The notes under the pieces are model-generated. The model saw only the letters and a list, made by a program, of their open reading frames with translations, had not been told where the DNA came from and did not search any database. Shown here in pieces: positions 10,778 through 25,931 of a DNA stretch of 64,000 nt. This DNA is from Eledone cirrhosa (lineage: Eukaryota): assembly GCA_964016885.1 (NCBI GenBank), contig OZ024764.1, positions 21,018,001 through 21,082,000 of the forward strand, in the 5' to 3' direction. Every line of letters begins with the position of its first letter. Position 1 is the stretch's first letter. A program made the position numbers and the translations under genes.

Positions 10778-13428
10778 AGGTTCTTCTCTAAAAATATATA
10801 ATTATATTTTATATTAATGTTAATGATAAAGAATAAATAATATAATAAATATACCACCATAGGTGCTGAGGTGGCTAGCTGCTGGTGTAAACCTCACGAG
10901 ATGGAATGGCTCTTCCAGCACATCTAGAACAACATGACCCTCTAATATCTAGTATTTGGTAACAAACTAGACCACCCGGGACTTGTTGGGTCACGTTCCC
11001 TTAAAACTATTATTTTTAAATCATGTTCACTTAAAAATAATTTTCAAATAGTTAAAATATAGACATATATATATATAGACACATATACCACCAGCTCTCT
11101 CTCTCTTCCCCTTTCCATCCATCTCCTTCTATCTCTCCTTTTCAATCCACACTCTCACAACCACTATCTCTTTCTCTCCCTATATTTATGAAGGTACCCA
11201 GAAAACCCCGTATCTTGGGAACCTGTGCTCCAATTTATACAAAACTTGTTTTATTCTTTTCAAAGTATTTCCCCCATTATGCACCGTTTTAGCTGTATTA
11301 AATTACCGACAAGACACAATCACAGAGTTTTAGTAGTATATACATAATATAGCTACAAATTAAAGTTAGTAAACGACAGTTTGGAGAAATCTGTAACATT
11401 TATTAAACATTCCTCAAGTTTGTCAATTCTATAGCATAATAGTTTGTTAGTTAAAGTGTTTAGTTAGATGTTCTACATATAAAGAAGAGAGAATACTTTA
11501 CCACAAATATTAGTGGTATATGATTTTCCCATCTCTTCTGGAAAATATTCCTATGTTGATGTAAATATTTCTATTGTTCATAATTTTATCAAATGTGATC
11601 TTTGTCAATATCCAAATGTTTTGAAAACTCCTTTGTAAATATCCAAAGTTTAATCAGAATGTAAAATCATCTTGTAAATATTCCAGACAGTGAAAAAGGA
11701 ATATGTTGTTATTTATCTCAATTCAGAAGAAATATTTCACCATAATTCACCACAGACTAAACAAGTTTATATCACTTGTATGTAACATCTTTCTGTTGTC
11801 TTTAAAAGACTCTTTTCTGTCAAGTTCATGTGATATTCTGAAATAGTAGAGAAACATTATTAAGATATTTAGAAAGTAGACAAACAACAGTGAAAACTTT
11901 ACTACATCTCTATATTAATAGATATAAACCTTACATGGTGACACAAACACTGCAACACTAACTTACAGGAAAGCATCTAGTTACTTGATCTAGTTACTTC
12001 AATCAGGTGAAGAGATAAACTAGATTGACTTCATTCTCATCAGAAAACAGGATAGACAGATGGTTGGGAATATTAACTCCTTTACTGGAGAAGGACGTAC
12101 CACTCAACATAGACTAGATACTAGGTGTAATATCTAGAGGGACTGATAGATACAAGACTACGTGGAGAAAGAAGGGTTGGAGAGTAAAAGATCTCCCTGT
12201 TTAACATAACATCTAGAGGGACTGTGAGAGGTACAAGACAACCTAGAGAAAAGGATAGGGACAGTAAAAGATCTCACTCGAGGTAAGACTGCCTCAGAAA
12301 GTATTAGAGGGAGACTCCGGCACCCCATGTGATGTGAGACTGATTGACAGAGTGTTGACTTAATATTTTCATTTGTTGTGATTCTAGGTGAAATATATCT
12401 CTATGTAAGTAACTTGGTTACGTGAATCATTGTGAATCTCGTAAATACTTAAACAGAAATCTACTTAGGACACAAAATAAAGCAGAGTCCATTGTACAAA
12501 ACACATAAAGAACGGATATCAAAAAGAAGGGTGAATGCAACTAGAGTTGTCTCCCCTTACATATGTTTTACCGTAGTGTACGTTTGTGTGTTTCTCTCTC
12601 ACTATATATATATAAATATATGTATTTTTTTTACGATCGACTTTCCGTCAAATCGGACCGAGGAAACAATGTTTCCATTGGTCTTTCCAATTGCTAATAC
12701 TATCTATCTGTCGCAACTCCAGAAGACTACAAAAGACTGTCTCATACTTCTTTGAAAGATGTTTTCAAACAAACACGTGTACAAAATCCTATTGTGTTAA
12801 AAGTAATAATTACGTATGAAACAAATTATTCATTAAAGTAATTAGCAAATACGTTTTTATATATGGTGTCTAGCAAGGGGACCCACTCGCCTCACTCCTA
12901 TTGGTGGTGACAGTTGACAACATGGTCTAGTTACCCCTGTCTGGTACCTAGATGACACAACCCTGAGTGGCCCGGCTGTGACAGGTTAAGGCCTCTCTAT
13001 ACCCCAGTATATTACAGTCCAACATAACTGGGATGACATCAATTGTAGGTCTCTTCACACCGGTCACCATCGAGACCTCAGAAGTACTTGGACCCCGTAC
13101 TGCCAAGCTCCTCTGTAAGATCAGTACGTTGGTGGCCCTTCTGAAGAGGGTGCCCCATGAGGTTGGGGTGGCTGTTGCAGTGGGTGTCACTGTCCATCGT
13201 CCGGGGCGAATACTTTTGCAGTCTTAGCCACAGGGCGCAGCACTTCTGCCCCTTGACCTAGACCCAAAGCTCAATTATTTGCTTTTTGCTGTGAGGACTT
13301 TCGTAGTTAGTTCTTTTATGACCCTTCTTTGAAATGTAGTCTTTGACTCATGTGGTGATCTCCTGGTAGTTAATGTAGCAGAACACACTGAAGGATATGC
13401 TGCCCTCCCTAGTGTTGGTAACCTACAT

Positions 13429-14810
13429 CAGACATGTCAAACATGCGGCCCTTTGCAAGCAAACCTGCGGCCCACACAAAGGTTTTTACAGTGCGAGCAT
13501 GTTTCATTTTCGTAATATAAAATTTAGAACATTTTCGATACAATTGTTTTTTTGGTGCAATTTTTGTCAACTACTTTTAACTTCCATTAATCACGTGCAG
13601 CTCATTAACAGAAAACTTTCTTTCAAAATTTCAAAAGATTTTGTTTTTGAAATGGTTAGTGCTCCTCCAGCTAAGAGAAAAAGGAAATTGAACGAAGAAG
13701 GGCAACTGTTTCAAGAAAAGTGGGAATTACAGTATTTTTGCTCAACGCTGAACAGAAAGATACACTGTTTAATTTGCAACAACTACATGTCCACACCAAA
13801 AGAGTACAATTTAAAAAGACATTATGAAACAAACCCACGATCTTACGATAAATATGAAGGCCCAATGTGTGTTTCAAGACTCAAGGAATTGAAGTCTAAC
13901 TTGACACAGCAACAGACCTGTTTTATGTTAATTCAGGAAGAGGATGTGACTTCTGTTACTGCAAGCTATGAACTCAGTCAAATGATTGCCATGAGTGGGA
14001 AATCTTACAGTGAAGGAGATTTTGTAAAGCAATGTCTTGTAAAAACAGCTGAAATTGTCCAGAGCAAGCAGAGTTATTCAAAGACATTTCATTAACCAGG
14101 AACACTGTTGCTCAACAGATTAATGAAATGTCAGGTGATCTGAAACAACAGTTAAAGGCTGTATCATCAAGGTTTGAACATGTTTCTATTGCTATTGAAG
14201 AGACTTGACATCACTGGAATAGTACAGCTTGCATTCTTCATCAGAGCCTGTGACAGTGAATTTAATATTTATGAAGAACTGATTGAACTGGTCCTCAAGC
14301 ATGACACTATAACAAGCCAGGACATCTTTGAGAAGGTCAAGCAGGGTCTGCATGGTTTTGATCTGAGTAAACTTGCATGTTTATCTACTGACAGTGCTGC
14401 AAATATGGTTGGTAGACATAATGGTGTTGCTGCCAAGTTACAAACAAAAATAGAAAACTCATATCTAGATTCATCATTTGCACATTTTCACTGTATTATT
14501 CATCAGCAAAATTTATGTTCAAAGATTTTAAAATTGCATCATGTGCTTAGCTTGGTCACAAAGACAGTGAACTAAATCAGAGGCCGTGCTCTCAACCACC
14601 GTCAGTTCAGCCAGTTGTTGGAAGATATGGATAATCAGTTCACCGAAGTTCCATTCTACACAGAAGTCTGCTGGTTGACATGTCACAAAGTGCTGAAAAG
14701 ATTCTATTTGTTGAAATAATTATGTTTTGGGAGATGAAAGGTCAAAACACAGGTGAAATAAAAGATGAAAGTTGGCTCCAACATCTGGCTTTTGTTGTGG
14801 ATATTACTGC
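13429..14810 (+). mobile_element. hAT transposon, duplicate of 8083-9465
   Basis: Identical ORFs 13397-14095 and 14174-14575. Confidence 0.9.
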
Positions 14811-17379
14811 ATCTAGCCATAGAAAGCTTACCCGACAATAGTGTTGGAGAATCCTTCAATCATGACAAAGACATGACAACCTTTTCTGTGCACTCAGTAG
14901 CAAATGAGACCTTATGTAAATAAGTCTCAGATCCTTGGTCTGTCTGGGAGATCAGTAGCCTCACTTCAGTACATACTTGGTTGAAGTAGACTCATTAAAC
15001 CCTTGCTAGCAGGGAAATCTGATGTTGATGATGTAACCTCAACCTCTTCTTATTAATCCACTTATTCCAGAGAGGGTCTTGGGGGCAGAGTCCTCAAACA
15101 CTCCCTCCAACAGGTCCTGTCAGAAGCAACCCACTCCAACTGATCTGGCTGGATCTCCCAGAGAGACCAGCCAAGCTCATGGATATTATGTGACCATCTT
15201 GCTCAGGTCTACCCCTGGGTCTCCTGCCGGTTAGTTTTGCCTGTAAAATCTATCCAGTGATTCTTTCCTCAGACATTCTAACCACATGGCCATAGTATTG
15301 CAGCTGTGATCTCTCAATTCGGAGAAGTAACAGCTCCACCTGGAGTGACTCTCTGATCTCAGAGCTATGCACTTTATTGAGAAAAGTTCCTTCAAAGACC
15401 CTTTAGAGGAATCCCATATCTGCCACTTGTATTCCCAATCATATTCTTTTGGTCATTACCCAAGATATGTGACCATAGCTAAGGGTTGGCACAAAAACCT
15501 AATTGAAGACAGCAAGTTTGGCTTTTATGCCTACCTCCCTTCTTCTGATTACTGAATATTGGAGCTGGTGCATTACTGATATTTCACTGCCCACACTGCA
15601 AAGTGGTTGGGTAGGAGATATGACAAAAAGCACCCAACCCACACTGTAGAGAACACACAGCCAACATTATAAGGTGGTCATGTAGGTGATATGACAAAAA
15701 GAAACCAGCCCACACTGCAAAGAACACACAGTCAACATTATGAGGTGGTCATGTAGGAGATATGACAAAAAGCACCCAACCCACACTGTAAAGAACACAG
15801 TCAACATTATAAGGTGGTCATGTAGATGTTACGACAAAAAGTACCCAGCCCACACTGTAAAGTGGTCATATAGGTGACAACAAAAAGAACCCAGCCAAAA
15901 CTTTAAAGTGGTCTTGTAGGTGTCACAACAAAAAGCACCCAGTCCACACTATAAAGTGGTCATGTAGGTGTCACAACAAAAAGTAACCAGTCCACACTAT
16001 AAAGTGGTCATGTAGGTGTCACGACAAAAAGCAGCCAGTGCAAACTGTAAAGTGGTCATGTAGGTGTCAACAAAAAGTACCCAGTCTACACTGTAAAGTG
16101 GTTCTGTAGGTGTCACAACAAAAAGGTTCTTCTCTAAAAATATATAATTATATTTTATATTAATGTTAATGATAAAGAATAAATAATATAATAAATATAC
16201 CACCATAGGTGCTGAGGTGGCTAGCTGCTGGTGTAAACCTCACGAGATGGAATGGCTCTTCCAGCACATCTAGAACAACATGACCCTCTAATATCTAGTA
16301 TTTGGTAACAAACTAGACCACCCGGGACTTGTTGGGTCACGTTCCCTTAAAACTATTATTTTTAAATCATGTTCACTTAAAAATAATTTTCAAATAGTTA
16401 AAATATAGACATATATATATATAGACACATATACCACCAGCTCTCTCTCTCTTCCCCTTTCCATCCATCTCCTTCTATCTCTCCTTTTCAATCCACACTC
16501 TCACAACCACTATCTCTTTCTCTCCCTATATTTATGAAGGTACCCAGAAAACCCCGTATCTTGGGAACCTGTGCTCCAATTTATACAAAACTTGTTTTAT
16601 TCTTTTCAAAGTATTTCCCCCATTATGCACTGTTTTAGCTGTATTAAATTACCGACAAGACACAATCACAGAGTTTTAGTAGTATATACATAATATAGCT
16701 ACAAATTAAAGTTAGTAAACGACAGTTTGGAGAAATCTGTAACATTTATTAAACATTCCTCAAGTTTGTCAATTCTATAGCATAATAGTTTGTTAGTTAA
16801 AGTGTTTAGTTAGATGTTCTACATATAAAGAAGAGAGAATACTTTACCACAAATATTACAGTGGTATAATGATTATCCCATCTCTTCTGGAAAATATTCC
16901 TATGTTGATGTAAATATTTCTATTGTTCATAATTTTACTAAATGTGATCTTTGTCAATATCCAAATATTTTGAAAACTCCTTTGTAAATATCCAAAGTTT
17001 AATCAGAATGTAAAATCATCTTGTAAATATTCCAGACAGTGAAAAAGGAAAATGTTGTTATTTATCTCAATTCAGAAGAAATATTTCACCATAATTCACC
17101 ACAGACTAAAGAAGTTTATATCACTTGAATGTAACATCTTTCTGTTGTCTTTAAAAGACTCTTTTCTGTCAAGGTCATGTGATATTCTGAAATAGTAGAG
17201 AAACATTATTAAGATATTTAGAAAGTAGAGATACAACAGTGAAAACTTTACTACATCTCTATATTAATAGATATAAACCTTACATGGTGACACAAACACT
17301 ACAACACTAACTTACAGGAAACCATCTAGTTACTTGATCTAGTTACTTCAATCAGGTGAAGAGATAAAGGTGAAGAGAT

Positions 17380-17800
17380 CTAGCGGGACTGACAGTTACA
17401 AGACTATCTGGAGATAGAAGGGTTGGAGAGTAAAAGATCTCCCTGTTTAATATAAGATCTAGAGGGACTGTGAGACTGGTACAAGACAACCTAGAGAAAA
17501 GGGTAGGGACAGTAAAAGATCTTGTTAAATATAAGATCTACAAGGACTGTGAGAGAGGTACAAGACAACCTAGAGAAAGAGGTAGGGACAGTAAAATATC
17601 TCCCTGTTAAATATAAATTCAGAGATGTTCTACATGATACATATGATAAGGAGGAGGAGATTGATAGCTATGACATAGAAGATATCTGGAAGTTTCTTTC
17701 AGGCAGCCTGTTGTGAACCACTGATGAGATCTGTAGTTGATGTATGCTGCCAGCCAGATGAATGTTGCCTTGGTGATGGAATAGTACAGTAGATAGAAGT
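17380..17800 (+). mobile_element. Degraded RTE LINE fragment preceded by 82-bp repeats (paralogs 35640-35820, 53290-53710)
   Basis: KYKFRDVLHDTYDKEEEIDSYDIEDIWKFL aligns to KFKFRKALQDVYDEKEDDLETYDIDNNWKFL of the RTE at 22.7-22.8 kb. Confidence 0.75.
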
Positions 17801-17996
17801 TGAAATCTAAAAGACCTGAAGAGACAGGAGGGGAACAACAATATCAAATAGTTAAAATGGAAGCTAGATATTAGGCTTACAAGTTATTGATTTCTGTTGT
17901 TATTGTTAAAATCCGTTTAATCTGTGATATTTGAGACAATGTACAGGACAATAGACTTAATATCAATGTCTGACTAGCAACAACAAAAGTTTTCAT

Positions 17997-18002
17997 TTTA
18001 TT
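17997..18002 (-). terminator. Candidate poly(A) signal of ZNF gene A
   Basis: AATAAA ~270 nt after the stop codon, conserved in all three units. Confidence 0.45.
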
Positions 18003-18271
18003 GGCATGTTTAAATTACAGAAGTTCCCAACCTTTACTGAAAATACAAATATATATCTTACCTGTTAAAGTATAATAAATCAAAGTTTAACGTGAAAAAC
18101 TTCAATTTACACAAAATCTTCAAACACTACTTCAAAAATGGAAACCTGGTGTTTATGATCCCTGTCATAGGTAAAACCTACAAGGTTAACCCCAGTTTTA
18201 GCAAGGATGATGGATCTACACAATTGTTGTTGTTGTTGTTGTATGATGTAATGAGTTTGATATTGATACAG

Positions 18272-20119
<1,848 letters not shown>

Positions 20120-20373
20120 CTGAAATAATAAAAGAACATTATAAGATACTCAGAAATTTGTAATAACTGTATTACCCTATAATGATACTATAACATTATA
20201 AACCTAAAACTTTGTGATTGTGTCTCGTCTGTAATGTAATACAGCCAAAACGGGGCATAATGGGAAAATAGTTTGAAAGGAAGTTGACCCTGAAATGGGA
20301 ATACAAATGGGATAAAATAAGTTTCACGTAAATCAGTGCACAGGTTCCCGAGATTTTTTTCAGGTATCTTCAT

Positions 20374-20374
<1 letters not shown>

Positions 20375-20431
<57 letters not shown>

Positions 20432-20450
20432 TGAGAGTGAGAGAGAGTAA
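20375..20450. repeat. (GA)n microsatellite
   Basis: Direct read. Confidence 0.95.
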
Positions 20451-20536
20451 GAAAGCTGGTGGTGTTGTTGAACGAAAAATTTTAAAATTATAACAAGAGA
20501 CTTGTGTGTGTGCGTCTGTGACAGACACTCCCATTT

Positions 20537-23500
20537 ATCATCATCATCATCATCATCATTTTACGTCCGCTTTTCCCTGCTTGCAAGGGTGGGACGGGTC
20601 TTATTCAGCACAGCATCTCTCCACTCGTCACGGTCCCTCGTCATCTCCACCGTGAGCTTCAATGATCTGAGGTCTGTTCTCACCACCTCCGCCCATGTTT
20701 TTCGTGGTCTACCTCTACCACGTCTTCCCTCAACTGGCATTTCCTGGCACTTCTTCACCCATCGGTCATCCTCCATGCGCATCACATGTCCATACCACCT
20801 CAGTCTCCTCTCCCGTACACTACATTCTATCCCTCTCAGACACAGTTTCTCTCTCAACACATTTATGCTGGGTCGTTCACGCACATTTACACTGCACATC
20901 CAACGGAGCATGCTTGCCTCATTTCTCTCCAGCCGTCGCATATCCTCTGCGGTTGCTGCCCATGTCTCACTACCATGCAGCATCGCGCTCCTCACACAGG
21001 CATCATACAACCGGCCTTTTCGTACGCAGGGAGAAACCCTTCTTCGTCAACAGAGGAAGCAGCTCCCTAAACTTCTTCCAACCCGTCCTTATTCTAGATA
21101 CTATGGCCTCGGAACACCCTCCTCCCATGCTAATCTGATCTCCTAGGTACCGAAAGCTATCCACCACTTCTATAGCGCCCTCTCGCATTTGAAAAATGTG
21201 TCTATCAGTGCGACTTCTACTGTCTAATTTCCCTGTACATCTACTGCATACATATTTCTCCCTACCTGTTAGTTTGCCTGCTATCCCGCTACATCTCTTG
21301 TGTACCCAGGACCTGCATTGTGTGCATTTTATAGAATTTATGCCAGTTCCTTTTCTGCATATCGAACATGGCCATTTCCCTGACGGAATCAGGGTTTTGT
21401 CCTCTTTTCTACTCATCAACACTTTTGTCTTAGCTAGATTTACTCTCAGTCCTCTTGCTTCCAACTGCTGTTTCCATAGCCGGAATTTATTCTCTAGCTC
21501 CTCTACTGATTCTGCCATAAGAGCCAGATCGTCAGCATAGAGAAGTTCCCATGGACAGCCAGTCTTAAACTCCTCTGTTATGGCTTGGAGGACTATAATG
21601 AACAAGAGCGGGCTGAGGACCGGACCCTGATGTACTCCTACTTGTATCTGGAATTCCTCACTAAACTCCATTCCTACCCTGACTTTACTGAGAGTACCTC
21701 TGTACAAAGCTTGCACTGTCCTCACAAGCCATTCCTCAACACCCAGCTTCCTTAGGGACCACCAGATGACAGATCGGGGTACCCTATCAAAGGCCTTCTC
21801 TAGGTCAACAAAGGCTAAGTATAGTGGCTTATTCTTCTCTAAGAACCTCTCTTGCATTTGTCTCACCAAGAAGAGGGCATCTGTTGTACTCTTCCCAGGC
21901 ACAAAACCAAACTGCATCTCATCTAGTTTGACCCTTTCTCTAATTAGTTGTGCTAAAATCCTTTCTGCCACTTTCATAACCTGATCTATCAGCTTTATAC
22001 CCCTATAATTGCTCCTCTCCAAAGCATCCCCTTTACCTTTGCAGCAATTTATGAGAATACTGCTGCACCAGTCTTTGGGTATGACACCACCATATATAGC
22101 CTAATTGATGATGCGTGCAACCAGTTTAGTGCCTACGTCCCCTGATGCCTTCAGCATCTCAGCAACTATTCCCGATGGTCCGGCCGCCTTACCATTTTTC
22201 ATTTCCCTAATCACCTCTTGGACCCTATATTCGTCAATCTCAATAGCTGGTCCCTCTGTCGGATCTACCAAGGGTAATTTCTCTCTCTCCCATTCGTTCT
22301 CCACATTCATCAGTCTCTCATAATGACATTTCCAGGCCTCCTTTTTCTGGTCATTCGTGACACTAAGTACACCGGCATCATCCCGGACACATTTATCACC
22401 AACAACATCCTGATTTGCATTGACACACTGCCTTGCAATTTGGAACACCGCACGCCTCTGATCTTCCCGTCGCAGAACATTGGCAAACCTCCTACTCTCT
22501 GCCTCCCTGCGTGCTAAGTACACCTGACGTCTAGCTTCTCTCTTAGTGGCTGTATATTCTTCCCTACTCCCACCCTTTTTCCAAGCCTTCCATGCTAGTC
22601 TTTTGTCTCTAATAGCCTTATCTACTGTGCTGTTCCACCACCAGGTCACTCTCTGTCTGGTTGGAGCTCTGCTCCAGCCACAGGTTTCATCAGTAGCCTG
22701 CAGCAAGTTGTCACGTAAGAACTTCCAGTTATTATCTATGTCATACGTCTCTAAATCGTCTTCTTTTTCGTCATATACATCTTGAAGGGCTTTCCTAAAT
22801 TTGAATTTTAGTGAAAGGTCTTTTAGCTTCCAGACCTTTCTTCTCCACACCTTCCTATATGTCTCATTCCATCTCTTGCTTACTGAGATATCACTAACAA
22901 CTAACCTATGCTGTGGGGTACATTCTTCCCCAGGGTATGCCTTGGTATTAGACACTATCTGCCTGTCCCGCTGCCTAACTAGCAGGAAGTCAATCTGGCT
23001 TATGTGCTCACCAGATTTGTAGGTTATTAGGTGATTGGCAGGTTTCTGGAAGTTTGTGTTGCAAATAGTCAATGTACTTGCATCACAAAATTCAAGAAGT
23101 CTCACTCCTTCTTCATTTCTTGAACCGTAACCGTGCCCACCATGTACCCCAGTGTAACCATCCTGGAGCTGTCCAACATGACCATTGAAGTCTCCTGCTA
23201 GCATAACGATGTCTCCGTCCTCTGTCATTGTGGTTGTTTGCAAAAGTTGCTCATAAAAGCAGTCTTTCTCATCTTTGCCTAGGCCTGCTTGGGGAGCATA
23301 GACAGAGATGATTGTCAGTCGTCTCTTGCCTACAACTAATCTAAGCTTAATTATTCGATTACTAACTCGAACTACCTCTATTGTCTTATTGATCCATTTC
23401 TCAGCCAGGAAAATGCCTACTCCCCCTAACCCATCATCCTTACCTACCCAGAAAAGCTTATAGCTAAGACGCTTGCCTACGACTAGTCTCGCAGAGGCAC

Positions 23501-23820
23501 CTCTCCATCTCACCTCTTGCACGCAGCACATATCCACCTGCCTTCTCTCCAGCATCTCCGCTATTTCAGCAGATCTACCTCTGAGAGTGCCAACATTAAG
23601 TGTTGCAACTCTGAGATGCGACGTCTTCATATTTTTCTATGCTGTTTTGTTGCTGTGCTGATAAGCTTTTTGGCATTGATACACTGGTTGGATGCCCTTC
23701 CTAACACCAGCGCCACTTTACAGCATGGACTGGGCGCTTTTATTTGTGCCACCAGCACTAGAGAGGATGTCTTACTAGACTCAAGGGCCCTCTCTACCCC
23801 TCCATTTTACAGCATGGTCA
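20537..23820 (-). mobile_element. Near full-length RTE-clade LINE (APE + RT with PHD-like insert), (TGA)n tail
   Basis: APE motifs TLNVGTL, CVQE, AGDFNGH, SQIDF; RT motifs DLEKAFD, QGPVLSP, YADD; one in-frame TAG at 22101 and a frameshift near 21020. Confidence 0.95.
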
Positions 23821-24049
23821 TAAAAAAAAAAAAAAAAAAAACTTTTTGACACGACGCACACACAAACACTCACACACCAACACTCATGCATACAAACCAC
23901 AACCACACATACCAACACTCATTCATGCATACAATCAGACACACCACTCACAAACATACATATATTACCGACAGAACCGATACAAAATCAAAATCGTCAA
24001 AATCACTATCATGTCAACTGTTGACCTTTCCCAGTCCAGTTCGGCTTGT

Positions 24050-24545
24050 ATATAATAACAATAACAATAATAATTGTTTGCTTTACGCTGGTAATGGCGG
24101 TGGTGGATGGTGTCAGTGTGGTGGTGGTGGATGGTACCAGCGTGGTGGTGGTGGATGGTCAGTGATGGTGGTGGCAGTTGTTGGTGCTGTAGTTGTTATT
24201 GTAGTTGTTGTCGTTGTTGCTGTTGTTGTTGTCCTTCATTTCACTGCTGCTGTTGCTGCAGACAATGGTGTTGATGCTGTTATTGCTGTCGCATATATAC
24301 AAATACATACACACACACACATTCAACACAGACGATGGTGTTGATGCTGTTGTTGTTGTTGGTGTTGCTGCTGTTGTTGTTGTAGTTGTTGCTGTGTTGA
24401 AATCTGGTCGCATCCACTGAGATATACATATACACACACATACACATATGTATATACACACACATACACATATGTATATACACACACATACACATATGTA
24501 TATACACACACATACACATATGTATATACACACACATACATCAAA
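24050..24545. repeat. Compound low-complexity tract: (GGT/GTT)n and a 24-bp TATATACACACACATACACATATG repeat
   Basis: Direct read. Confidence 0.9.
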
Positions 24546-24798
24546 AGAGAGTCAGCAGTATGTCAACAGGGGACAGGACAGCGACCTTAGAGTAATGTGG
24601 TGATGGTGGGGAGCGAGTGTAGGCGTGATTGTTATTGTGGTGACGGGGGGGGGGGGGTCAGTGAGATGTACAAGCTCATAGATCACTTCTCTCTTTTCCT
24701 CTCTCTTCAAAATTTTGAATTTATGGCCTTTTGCAATGGCGGCCAAGTATATATAATATATATATATGAAGCAAAGAAAAGAAAATTTTCACTGATAT

Positions 24799-25110
24799 GA
24801 AAGATTTCCTGGTAGAAGTTCAGGTGTATTCAGTGATTGGTATCCAGTTTCGGGGTATCCAATTAGAAAATCCAACGAATCTTTAAGAGGGGTCCACGCA
24901 AGCATTGATATATATATATGTATATATATAAAATGCAAGCAGAAATAACAACGAAAGATTTCCTGGTAGAAGTTCAGGTGTATTCAGTGTTGGTATCCAG
25001 TGTCGGGGTATCCAATTAGAAAATCCAATGAATTTTTGAGAGGGGTCCACGCAAGCATATATATAGATATATATATGTATATATGCAAAATGCAAGCAGA
25101 AATAACAACA
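24799..25110. repeat. ~154-bp direct duplication
   Basis: gaaagatttcctggtagaagttcaggtg starts at 24799 and 24953. Confidence 0.85.
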
Positions 25111-25469
25111 CATATACTAATGAACATACATTAAACACAGAGGGACTGTAAATGATAATAGCAATATCTAGATATAAATATATAAATGTACATATCTCTA
25201 TTGGTCTCATAAATTTTAAATTTTCTCTTTCCTCTTGTGTGTGTGTGTAGCAACACATGGTTGTGTGTTGCTGCTGACTCTAGCAGATATATATATATAT
25301 ATATATATATACATGGGCCTACTAATTTCATTTTACATTATATACATGTCTGTGTATATTTTAATTATTTAAATATTATTTTTAAAGGGAACGTGACCCA
25401 TCAGGTCACAGGTGTTCTAGTAAGATTATAAATACAAACACACAACAGATAGAATCTACTCAAACCTTA

Positions 25470-25710
25470 ATATCTCAGACCCCAGTAGATTACTGGAACT
25501 TTAATTTATCCACCCCGTTAGAATGAAAGACAAAGTTAACTTTGGTGGTATTTGAACTCATAACATAAAGGGTTGAAATCCCACCGAAGTTAGCTTTGCC
25601 CTTCATCTTTACGGGGTTGATTTAAGATCTAATAATAGTTTCTGATTTAGACACAAGGTCGACAATGTTTGGGGGGAATGAGTTGATTAAATCAAACACA
25701 ATTACTGTGA
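25470..25710. mobile_element. Decayed octopus-type SINE fragments in both orientations
   Basis: caccccgttagaatgaaagacaaagttaactttggtggtatttgaactc followed by its inverted relative; resembles abundant octopus SINEs (from memory). Confidence 0.55.
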
Positions 25711-25931
25711 GATCACTTCTTTGATAGTTTGTTTAAAAATAACTGATTCACAATTTACGTATGAAAAGTTGACAAAGATTTACAAGTGGTGTTATCAATA
25801 AATAGGGCCTTCAAAGTAGCAGGAAACGACTAGATTTGTAGATAAAGAAGTGGGAGACAGGATTATCAGAGTTTAGAAGAGCTACACACTTCTCCAGTTG
25901 GCTGGGAAATAATTATATTTCCTTAATTTTA

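Larger units (their letters stand above)
6926..17520. repeat. Near-identical tandem segmental duplication, period 5346-5347 bp
   Basis: Identical ORFs at constant offset (8051/13397, 8828/14174, 10021/15367); junction aagatctc|actcgagg at ~6926 and ~12273. Confidence 0.95.
20190..25420 (+). mobile_element. Non-autonomous Helitron split by ~4.8 kb of nested sequence
   Basis: 20190-20530 matches the 5' half of the 5673-5997 family; 25340-25420 matches the 3' half with hairpin GTGACC-CATCA-GGTCAC and CTAG|T. Confidence 0.6.

Noticed and set aside
20502-21146. Plus-strand ORFs over RTE and CRE elements
   Set aside because: Antisense shadows of TE coding sequence
23846-24800. Low-complexity ORFs (poly-Q, CVYI, poly-V)
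   Set aside because: Translations of microsatellites
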